64,000 nucleotides of DNA, taken from the NCBI GenBank assembly GCA_030704615.1, contig CM060733.1, positions 65,038,001 to 65,102,000 on the forward strand. The letters are read 5' to 3'. The stretch is from Takakia lepidozioides (Eukaryota > Plantae > Bryophyta). Shown piece after piece: positions 1 to 10,813 of this stretch (position 1 is its first letter; each line of letters starts with the position of its first letter). The position numbers and the translations under genes were made by a program. Under the pieces are notes generated by a model, which was given only the letters and a program-made list of their open reading frames with translations, searched no databases and was not told the DNA's origin.

Positions 1-2
1 CC

Positions 3-2126
3 AAGCTGACCAAGGTGGACTAGGAGTGGCAGTGGGAAGATGAGCAGGAACGAGCTTTTCAAGAGCTCAAGGCGAGGTTGACCTCGACGCCTATCCTGAG
101 ACGACCTATCAGGGGGCGTCCCTTTCAGCTGCATACGGATTGGAGCATGTTGGGGCTTGGAGCGGTGCTCATACAAGTGGATGATGAGGGAAGAGAGTTC
201 GTAGTGGCTTATGCTAGCCGCTCGAACAACGATGCAGAGGCTAAATACAGCTCATATGAGGGAGAGTGCTTAGCTGCAGTGTGGGCCGTGGCACACTTCA
301 GGTGCTATCTATACGGCAATCTTTTCACCCTTGTCACGGATCACCAGCCACTCAAGTGGTTGATGGAGTCAGACAAGCTTACGGGGAAGCTTGCATGGTG
401 GGCACTCATACTCCAGGAGTATGACTTTCAGGTTGTGCATCGACCAGGTTTGGTCAATCGGGATGCGGATGGATTGAGTCGCAATCCATGCATGAGCCAG
501 CAGGATGACACAGGAGCTCGGTGGCATGGTGAGACGGACGAGGAGATGGTGCCGGGATGGCACACATCTGCATTTTTGTGTATCTTGGCATCAGGAGGTC
601 AGGTTGGACCTACAACAGGGATGATTGTAGACGGATTGTCTGAGGACCCTGAGGCTAGTGATGAGCCAGGTGGTGCCAGAGATATACATGAGGATTCGGC
701 TGTGTTGGACTACCTCCGCACGGGAGACACGGCAGCCACTGTGACTGCTAGGGAGAGGGATCGGATCCTGCAACGAGCCAAGAGGTTCAAGTGGGAGGGG
801 ATACACCTACTTCGAGTGTGGGAGGATGGTCGGGTGAGGATTGTGCCTCACCCCATACAGCGTGCACGGTTAGTGCGGCATGCCCATGAGGAGTTGGGGC
901 ATTTTGGAGTGCGACGCACTCACAGTTTACTGCAGGGGCAGTATTGGTGGCGTGGTATGCATACAGAGGTGCAACAGTTCGTGGCTAGGTGCATGGTGTG
1001 TGACAGGGTGCGTGCTTCATTCAACGCCCCTACACCACAGTTGCATCATTTACCAATCATGGGATTGGGCTACAGGTGGAGTCTTGACTTCGCAGGACCG
1101 TTGCCACTGACTATGCGCCATCACAGATATGTGTTGGTGATGGTGGAGCACTTCTCCAAGTGGATTGAGTTGGTTCCATTGCCTGACAAGGCTAGTGAGG
1201 GGGCTGCGTATGCATTCTTGGATCGTGTGCTTAGCCGATTTGGTGCTCCAGCTGAGGTACTCACGGACCAAGGGAGAGAGTTTTTGGGGGAGTTTCAGGC
1301 TTTGTGTGATAAAGCCTTGATAGACCACCGCACCATTTCTCGGGATCATCCTGAGGCCGATGGCTTAGCAGAGAGAGTTGTTCAGATGGTGAAGAGGGGT
1401 TTGCGCAAGTATGGCTTGCAGAAGGGACACTTAGGAGATTGGGATCTTCAGGTTCCTTGGTTAGCCATGGGCTATAGGTTCAGCAAACAAGCATCACTTG
1501 CCTCCTTCTCACCATATTTCCTTTTCTTTGGCCGAGAGCCGGATTTGCCTGCAGCCATTCGTAGGGACACTGCTCAAGTCCTTAACCTTGACAATCCGGA
1601 CGTGTGGGTACGTGCATGTGATCAGCGGGCATAGTTGTTCAAGAAAGTCATGCCCATGGCTTTTGAGAACCTTGCCATTGCACAACACCGTGATACGTTG
1701 AGGTATGCCACTATACGTGGTGGAGGATATCGTCCTGGGGTTCGGAGGTTTAGCCCTGGTGACTATGTTTATTTGCAGCAGACTGCTCCTACGACTCTGG
1801 ATGTTACTGCAGGGCGTGTTATTCTGAGGGTTCGAGAGGTGTTGCCCTCAGGGGTCCTGATCTTAGAGGGTCGGGATGGCAAGACTTGGAAGGACCATGT
1901 GCGTAATTGTGCGCCATGTCACCTTCCCAATGTCGATGGCAGAGTTGACCCAAACTTGGCAGTGGTACCTGCAGGTTTGAGGTGCATGCTCTGTGGGTCT
2001 GCCAAAGGGGCAGCCACCATGCTGGTGTGTGATCGATGCTCAAGGGGTTGGCATATGAGATGCTTGACACCACCTCTTGAGAAGGTTCATGACAGAGATT
2101 GGTTGTGTCCACACTGCTTGGGATAG
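3..2126 (+). pseudogene. pol: Gypsy pol (RNase H-integrase-PHD), interrupted by in-frame TAG stops at 21-23 and 1632-1634
   Basis: ORFs 78..1634 and 1635..2126 are in the same frame, separated by one TAG; retroelement motifs run continuously across it. Confidence 0.9.
1983..2117 (+). other. PHD finger (Cys4-His-Cys3) at the integrase C-terminus
   Basis: CMLC...MLVCDRCSRGWHMRCLTPPLEKVHDRDWLCPHC has canonical PHD spacing, including L.PPL and W.C..C. Confidence 0.93.
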
Positions 2127-2419
2127 TGGCAGTGGACATGACTGGAGGCAGCTAACAAGACATGGGAGGCCAAGCTCATAGGAGTCAATACATGAGATCC
2201 CAAGCTCAAGTTCACAGGTTGCAAGACGGTGACTAACGATGGGGCAACTCTTGCACCCGGCCTCTTGATCTATCGAGTTTGAGTGTAGTAGGGATAGTGG
2301 TGGAGGACTTAGTGAGGCTATGGTCACTATCACATCTTGTGGCTACCTGGACTTAGAGGGACCTAAGCACCAGCTAGGGGGGCGATTGTGTGAACTAGTG
2401 ACTGCCATAGTGGGCAGCA

Positions 2420-2574
2420 TGTGTCTGCTGTGACGACTGTGACGGGCTGTGTAACCCCCCTCTACAGTGCGCTGCTGTCACCCCTAAGGCTCCTGTTGGT
2501 CTCAGTCTGTGCAAAAATTAAGGGTACCCTACAGATCCCGTATAAGTGTCTAAGTCCCCGACAGTCCACTAACA
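2420..2574 (-). repeat. E2 3' LTR remnant
   Basis: Near-identical to 14603-14757. Begins TGTTAG on the minus strand right after the purine tract. Confidence 0.92.
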
Positions 2575-2613
2575 TTTACCCCTTCCCCCCTCAAAAAGCC
2601 GTGTCCTCACGGT

Positions 2614-5600
2614 TTACTGATTTCGATTAGCAAACCTTTGTGAGTGATCACCTTTTTGACGTTGAGAGTTTCGTGGCGGACTGTGTGTACGAGCCCTAGG
2701 TCTGTCTCTGGTTGACGGAGATGGTTGGTCACTACCTGGATAAGTGAGGCCCTCTGGAGGCTGATATCGAGGTAACCTTTCCGGCATAGGAGACCCCCGT
2801 CGCTTCTTCTCTGCCATCTGAACTGCATAGTCTTCTCCCATGTCAAAAGAATTCGGTGAAGAAACAGTTGTATCAGAATCCTCATCGCCTCTCAGGTGTT
2901 TTAATTTTCAAACTTTTTGTGGAATCATCTGGGGCATACAATGCTGTCCTACCATGTCTGGAAGTTTGTATTTTACAACTTGGTGTAACCGCTGAACAGC
3001 AAAATTGGTGTAGACACTGAGCTCCTTGTCTGTCCAGGTGAGTGGGGTACCAATTACTGGTGCAGCGTGCAAGTATTTCCATGCCACATGTCCCTTATAG
3101 AAAATATCATCAATGCCAAATTTCTGTGTTGACAAATTGTTCCAGGCCGCTTGAAACCATGAACGAATTTGAGAATCCTTTTGCATCATAACTTTTGGGT
3201 CATATAGGTACATATGAGGTGGCACCGAAGGTAATACCCAATGATCTCCACTGGAATAACTCAGAAAGCATGTTTGCATCTTTTGTTGCTCAATGTGGTA
3301 ACGTACCAGAAAACAAGCAGCGTAGTATAACCCGCATCCCATGACAATACTTGCTACCTCCTTGGTCTTGGTATAAATGAGTCCATGTACAACCTGGAAA
3401 GCAATCAATTCCCTCAACATGGTACCTGCCTCGTGCCAGTATTGTGCAAAGTGATGATCTTCAATATGTCGATTGTTCGGAAGAACTTTAGTCCTAGTTG
3501 CCACTGGCAGCCAAATACGCATGATTTGGTAGTAATGTGCGAATGACTGCGGAGGACTAAATTCTTTCCAAGCCAAATCCAACATGATGGGAATTTGGTT
3601 GAAGGGCATAATCATAGCCCTACTGTACTCCCTTGCAGCTGGAGTTTTAGGTGGGTTAAAAGCAGCATTGCCCCATACCTCAGGCTGTGGTGGCTGTGGT
3701 GTGGTTGTAGTAACCACAGGTTCAGCTACTGGTACAGTGACTTGTTGTGGTGGTGGTGGTACTGGCTCTTGTATCATTGGCATCTCCTGCACCTCCTGTG
3801 TAGACTGAAAAGCCAAAGTTCTGGCTTGTAAATAAGAAGCCATTAGCTGTTCCTGAGGGATATAGACTCTTTTGTCGATGTTTGAAGTGAGGTCCTCCAC
3901 TTGAGTCTGCAGTCCGTCTACATCCTCAAATACCTCTGCTATCCTACTATAGACATTGTCTATAGTAGTTGTGGCAATGTCCTGCACCTGCAGCCTGAGC
4001 TCATTCATCTCGCTTTGGGTGAGCTTTCGTGGTGCTTTGCCCTCTACTGGCCCTTGTGCTAACCAGACCTGCATAAGGCTGTTATCCACCAAGTTGCTTG
4101 TGGTTCTCCTGAGAGTTTGCTCTTCTCTTAGCTTGTACACTTCTAACTGCTGTTGTAAAGCCTCCATGCGCTTCGCCTGAGGTTCAACCAACTTCGCATA
4201 GGCAGCAGCCAGATTATTAGCTTCCCTCCAAGCCTTGTTATTGACCGCGATTTCATTTCTATTGGCCATGATCGTTTGGTGCAACTCCACGATGTGCTTC
4301 TCCTGATCAGCTTCAACCTGCCTGTATTGCTTGAAAGCATCCTCATTGCGACAGATTGTATTCTTCATATCGACAATGAGTTTCAATTGCTCAACATTCT
4401 CCTCTTCTGCCTTCGTACATTTTTCCGCTTGACTGTTTATTTCTTTTGTAGATTGTTCAAGCATAGTTGTGAATGTAGCACATTGTATCGCCATCCTGTC
4501 ATGCACTGTCTGCAACTCCGTATGTAGTGCATTCACTTCTTGCAACTTGCTTTCATGCTGCACCTGTATTTGGTAGAGCTGTTGCTTATGTGCTTCGTGC
4601 AACTGGTCTTGCGCGAGGCCTGCCTCAATCAATTGTTCCTTGGCCAATTGCAAAGCCGCTTCTGTATTTCCCAAGTCCTGCTGCATCTTGAGAGTGACCT
4701 CCTCATCAACCTTGTTTGCACACTCAGTGGCTAGTCGAGCCTCGAACTCCTTCCTGAGTTCCTCTCTCAAGGCTGTCAATTGGGTAGTTGGAACATGGGA
4801 TTTGACATAAGTCCCCAACAAATTAAGTGTCCTGCCTATGGAACTCATCAGCATTGCCTGTTGAGGGTCATCATGGTGAGGTTGCTGCTGTTCCTCCTGA
4901 TCCTCAATAGTGTGATGTCTCACGAACCATTCAGGCCATTGTCCCACCGGATTTTCTTCCTGAACTACTTCATCTATCACCGGTGCTACAGTGTCATGAC
5001 CTTCCGCCTGTGGTACCTCCGACACAGGTGTGTGTATTATATGCACCTCAGGATTTCCCTTGGGCAACTGTTGCACCTCTGGGATCTCTGTCTCCTTGAC
5101 CAGACCAGAATATTCATAGAGAAGGTCCCCCTTCTCCATTTCTGCCACTATCTGTTCTGTAGTCGGAATATCTAACCCTTCTCTTTCCAAATCAATTATT
5201 TCTGGTTGAGCTGCATGGACAACTTGTGACCTTGTGACAAGTCGATCAACTGGCTGTGATGGTTGTGATACAGAAGTAACTTCCTCCTCCCTCTCTGAAG
5301 GTCCTGCTTCCAGTAATAGCATTTCTCTGTGCTGCTGTGCCCCTTCCTGGCCATGAGCTTGGGAAACATTATCATGCGGAATCCGTGAAGCCAGTGGATC
5401 CGCCACTACAGTCTTTCCCCGTCTCTGCCTCTTAGTCTCGGGTTGCCCTGCTAGTCCACCCTCACTGTGTGAAGAGCCTTGCTCTTCCATTGCAGTGGTT
5501 TTCGGCTCAAACACTCCCATTTCCTTTCTTTCTTGCGCATCAAGTATGCCAGAATCAAGGATTATTTGAGCAATGATTGGGCCAGACACTATGATAGGAG

Positions 5601-6381
5601 ACTTTGCGGTAGTACCTTGTAATCTTTTCATCTCCTCCACCAGTGCGTTGTACATTATGTCCGCCCATTGTACCTCTTGTCCCTTCAGGCCTTTGAGTAT
5701 TTCCTCCGTGAAGGATCTGCTCAAATACTGTTGGTTCTGTTTCATGGCAATCAGAACGTTCAATACCTGGCCTACCTCTTTTAGCCCTGGGTACACAGCC
5801 TTGGTACAAGCATAACCCTGAGTTTTAAAGAAACTCCCTTCTTGGAATAAGTCCCCTATTTGCAGTCTTGCCCTGTGTTCCTCCACATGCACCTGACCTG
5901 CTGGCAATCGAAACAATTGCTGGAGGTATAGGGGAGTAATCATCAATTCAACTCCCTTCACCGTTGTTGTTCCTGTCCTTGGCTCAAAGTTCTGCAAAAA
6001 TTGTAACATGTACTGTCTATGGTGTAATGTCCAATCTAGGCTTTGCAATCCTTGCAATCTCAGCTCCTCCAGTATCTGTATCGCCTGTGGGGTAGCAATC
6101 GTTTGTTTCTGCAGAATTGTGGTGCTCTTCACCCTGATTTCCTCCATTCCTCTCACTCTCTTCATTTTAGACTCACAGAACTGTTTTGGCTGTAACAACT
6201 GCAGGAATGCCTGTAGTGCACAAAGCATAAACGTATGGTTGCCGCAGAAAGCTATGGGTAATTTCTTGTAAGCCTGCGGGGCTTGCAAGCATCGCTCAAG
6301 AGAAAAGCTCCGCTCTGTCCTTTCGTGTCTATGCCACTGCGTAAGTAATATTGCGAGCGTATAGTCTGTTAGTTCCTCCAT
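2614..6381 (-). CDS. E2 extra ORF (~1250 aa; plant-transposon-protein/Transposase_32-like N-terminal domain, acidic linker, long coiled coil, globular C-terminus); frameshifted near 2900
   Basis: Part of the 1611-aa ORF from MEELTDYT onward, continued by ORF 2614..2841. Homologous ORFs are present in E4 (31457-35223) and E5 (37006-40184). Confidence 0.8.
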
Positions 6382-6859
6382 AGTTTCCAAGCTATAGCAT
6401 TGATGGTCTGTCCCGTCGAGACGCCCGTTACTCAGAACGACGCCACCTCTTGCGCTCAATTTCCCTCCATTTTCTTGATCCTTTCTCTGGTTTTCTATTG
6501 GCTGTATCCGCTGTGACTGGATTTTAGATTTTATTCTCTTTAGTGGACTTTCCCTGCTGGATAGTCCACTAGGATCACACATGTGACAAGAATTTCGCTT
6601 TTCTGTACTTGCCGTTCGTTCCGTTTCCCTTTTTCCGTATTCATTAATGGGCCCGCCTTTCATCCATTTTGACGGCCGTTCTTGTCCTCTTTCTTTTTGA
6701 CACCTGTTCTTGCACTTCCTTCTCGGCTGTGTGTCGCGCCCTGACCTCCACGTGTCTATTTTTAAAGTAATTTCCGTTTTCTCTTCCGTCAGCCATTTTC
6801 CTGAAGTTATTATGCGTCCACCTGTCACTGATTCTATGGATCGTGTAACTTTAGTAGGC

Positions 6860-7130
6860 TGTGTTGAGCTGTGACAGGCTGTGTCATACTGTGTTACGCT
6901 GTGATAGGCTGTGATGCACTGTGGTAAGCTGTGATAGGCTGTGACACGCTGTGGTAGGTTGTGATAGGCTGTGTTGCGCCGTGCTGGGCTGTGATAGGCT
7001 GTATCACGTTGTGATGGGCTGTGATAGGCTGTGTCACGTCGTGATGGGCTGTGATAGGCTGTGCTTTGCCTTGATGGGTTGTGATAGGCTGTGTCACGTC
7101 GTGATGGGCTGTGATAGGCTGTGTCACGTT
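6860..7130. repeat. 30-bp tandem repeat (~9 units, GTGATAGGCTGTGTCACGTCGTGATGGGCT) encoding TAYHSPSRRD repeats
   Basis: Exact 30-bp periodicity at 6901, 6931, 6961, 6991, 7021, 7051, 7081 and 7111. Confidence 0.95.
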
Positions 7131-7259
7131 TGTTTTGCCCGCCCTGGTCATATATGCTGGGCCTAGCGACAAGTGCTCCATACTCCGTTCGTAACACTGG
7201 TGCAGCCCGTGACTGCTCTTGCGGTTCAACATGCAAATCATGCTGCAAGGGTTTGTCAT

Positions 7260-10200
7260 GGATACCACTGTACCCCTTCAACTTATTGGCATTGACTCTT
7301 CCCAGCATTTCTTTGTTAATGGTTTGTAACATGGCGGTGTTGTTATCATACATCTTTTGTATGACATAAGGTCCTTTCCATGGTGATTTAAGCTTAGAAG
7401 CTTGAATCTTTCTTTTTTTCTGCAACCATAGAACCAAATCCCCCGTCTTAAAAGTCTTTAACTTGCCTTCATCAAACTGTTCCTTTCGCTTCATCTGAAT
7501 TCTGGTCATATTATCAGCTGCATCAGCACGTACTTCTTCCACATGGTATAATTCATGTTTCCTGACCTTGATGGAGTCTTGCAATTCCATTCTCTTTCCC
7601 CACTCCGTTCTCATGGTAGGTAACAGGAATTCCACTGGAAGTAAGGCTTCCATACCATAAACTAATTGGAATGGTGTATACTTAGTGGTGACTTTATATG
7701 AAGTCTGTATGACCACAAAGCTGTCAGCAGCTTTGTATCCCAATCCGTTCTGTTTGCATTGACTATCTTAGCCAAGATAGTACATAGTATTTTGTTGGTA
7801 GCCTCTGCCTGCCCATTACCCTGTGGGTAATATGTTGTACTCTTTCTATGCACAATCATAAACTCTTTAGTCAACAACTCAATGGTCTCATTCATGAAGT
7901 GACTTCCCTGATCACTGATAAATTCTAAGGGACAGCCAAATCGTGTAAGTATGTTCTCGTACAGGAACCTTGCTGTGGACTTGGCTGTGTTGTCCCTCAA
8001 AGCTTTAGCTTCCACCCACTTTGTAGTATAATCAGTGGCTGTAATTATGTACCTGTTTCGTGTATTCTTGGATGGTGGGTTAATTGGTCCAACAAAGTCT
8101 AGTCCCCATTTCTGAAATGGTTCCGTAGGCATTGTAGGATGCAAGGCCATCCTTCCAGATCTCTGCAAAGGTCCTAGCCTCTGACATTCATCACACTTCT
8201 GACAATACTCGTGTACATCTTTGAACAAAGTAGGCCACCAGTGTCCTGCGAGTAGTATCTTCCTATTGGTAGTCTCTTTTCCAAAATGACCTCCAGCCAC
8301 TCCTTTATGAACTTCCGCCAAAACTTTATTTACTTCATGGTGGTACAAGCATCGTTTTAGTACTCCATCAGGTCCTAACTTATACATTCTGCTTCCTACC
8401 ATAGTATAAGGTAAAGCTTTGATAGCGATTCTCTTCCTCTGCTCCTTACCATAACTAGGTGGGCACTGACCATGAGCAAGGTAGTATCTGATTGGCCACT
8501 GCCAATCTAACCAGTCATCTGCACTTCCCTGCACCTCCACTGCAAAGAGACTCGCATCTGGTAATTGATCATCTATTCCTGTGGCTGGTTCTCCTGTTGA
8601 CAATCGTGACAAATGATCCGCCACAAGATGCAGTCTCCCAGGCTTGTAAACAACCTCGAACTCAAACTCGTGCAAGATTATCAACCATCTTGCTATTCTT
8701 CCGCTTATCAGAGGTTTGTTTACCAGGTATATCAGAGCCTGGTGATCCACATAGAACATAAATTTCTTGCCCAACAGGTAATGCCTGAATTTCTTCACTG
8801 CATAGATCATTGCCAATGCTTCTCTTTCCGTTGTGCTATAGTTCCTTTCAGCACTGTTCATCAACCGGCTAGCATAGTACACAGGTGAATCTATATTCCC
8901 TGTAACATTCTGGGCTAACACCGCTCCCAACGCTTCTCCTGATGCATCGCAGTGAACATGGAATACTACATGCCAGTGAGGGTTAATCAGCACAGGTGTA
9001 GTTGTTACTGACAGTGTAAGTCCTCAAATGCCTGTTGACATTCAGCTGTCCAGGCAAACACTGCATCTTTCTTCAGTAGTTTGCTCAATGGTGCTGCTAT
9101 TTGTGCATACCTTTTGACAAATCTCCTGTAATAACTGGTTTGCCCAAGGAATCTCCGTAGACTTTTAACATTCACTGGTGGTGGAGAGGCTTTAATGGAC
9201 TCTGTCTTTCTGGGATCCACAAGGAGTCCCTTCTTACACACAATGTGTCCCAGAAGCACCCCTGAGTTCACACAGAAAGTACACTTCTCTGGATTCAGGC
9301 CAGACCTCTCATCCTGCATCTGGCCAAACATAACTCCAATTTATGCAAGTGCTCATTCTTAGAGCTGTACACACTGAAATCATCCAAGAATACCTGCATG
9401 AAATCATCCAGATACTCATGAAAAGATTCACTTATCACTCTCTGAAAGGTCGCTGGTGCATTACAAAGTCCAAAGGCATGACTTTGTATGCATAAGCCCC
9501 CCAGTCTGTGATGAAAGCTGTTTTCCCTTGGTCTTCTTCTGCCACTTGCACTTGATTATAACCACTGAAGCCATCCATGAATGAGTACATCTCATGGCCT
9601 GCCACAGTGTCTAATACTGCTTCTGTGAATGGCAAAGGGAAAGGATCTTTCTTCGTACAAGCATTCAGCTTCTTATAGTTCACACATACTCTTAGTTTGC
9701 CATTCTTCTTGGGAACTATAACAATGGGTGACAACCAAGTTGTATACTCTATTGGGTATATAAACTTAGCCTCAGCCAACTTCTTTATCTCTTCTCCAAC
9801 CTTCTGTGCGTAGTTGGGATTCATTCTATACCTCGCCTGCTTGATTGGTACTGACCCTGGTTCCAGTTCAATCTTATGCTGACAGACTTCAGGTGGTATC
9901 CCTTTTAGATCCTCATAGCTCCAAGCAAATACATCTCTGTATTTGATGAACAAGCTTTTAGCTTCTTCGAAGAATTCCGGCTCCAAATCAGCTCCTACTT
10001 TCACCATCCTCGGTTCCTCTTTAGTTCCCACATTCACTTCCCTCACCTGCTCATCAGCTGTGATTGTCCAACCAGTCACCACTTCATCCTGTAAGCTCAC
10101 AGTGGCTGGTTCTTCTAGGATTTCTATTTCTCCTTCTCTTTCTTCATAGAAATGTGATGGGTAAATGCTGGTTTCCTCTTCAGTTGGTGTTGCTGTCACT

Positions 10201-10813
10201 ACACCACAGCAGATACCTCTCAAACAACTTAGGCTTTCCAGCCGCATCTCTGCAACCTGCTCCCACTCTGGGTGTGCAGCAAATAGGGTAGCTTCCTGCT
10301 CCTCATCCAGTCCTCCTTTCCAGTCATACTCTCTGACTCCTCGAGGTCTTCTTGTAGCAGGTAATCTACTAGATTTCTTTGTGGTAATTTGTATCTCGTG
10401 TATCCCATTATGCACGGTTAGTAACTGAGAATTCCAGTCATGGAATACCCTGGCCTGTTTCAGCCACGGACGTCCCAATAATAAGGAGTAAGCCTCCATG
10501 ACTTCATCCATTTCAATACAGTTACTGTGATCATAAAGATCATCTTCTGTATCTGTATCTTAACTCCTCTTATTAATCCCAATGGCTGTACACTTCTTTG
10601 ATCTGCCATTGTTACTGTAAATGGGGCTGGTTTCATGTTACTTAGACCAAGCTTCTTCCTTAATTGGTCTGTCATGATATTTACTCCAGAACCACCATCT
10701 ATCAGTACATCAGTTAGTTCTGTGCTTCCAATTCTCAATTGGATTACTGGCATAGAATCATCAAAGTCCATGACTGTTTCTCGCCCTTCCGGCTTCACAT
10801 TATAACTGGTCAC
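7260..10813 (-). pseudogene. pol: E2 pol (protease, RT, RNase H, integrase), several frameshifts
   Basis: Protease LIDGGSGVN. RT KKNGKLRVCV..KLN, DGFSGYNQ, FLDDF. RNase H CDAS..ALGAVL. Integrase HKGVAGGH..C..C, WGLDFVGP, SDQGSHF, GPY. Confidence 0.93.

Larger units (their letters stand above)
1..2419 (+). mobile_element. E1: 3' part of a Ty3/Gypsy LTR retrotransposon (RT end, RNase H, integrase, C-terminal PHD finger, PPT, start of 3' LTR)
   Basis: RNase H (TDWS..GLGAVL, YASRSNN.AE..YSSYEGECLA, TDHQPL). Integrase zinc finger (HEELGH..C..C) and core (SLDFAGP, TDQGREF, GLAER). PPT AGGGGGGCGA at 2376-2385 followed by TG at 2387. Confidence 0.92.

Noticed and set aside
1632-1634. Programmed stop read-through separating the integrase core from the PHD/chromodomain (similar TAG at 55747 in E6)
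   Set aside because: The two positions are not equivalent and no read-through context is conserved. TAG stops are scattered through the window and are better explained by CAG deamination.
2614-6381. env gene call for the extra ORF
   Set aside because: No evident signal peptide or transmembrane helix; position after pol alone is insufficient.
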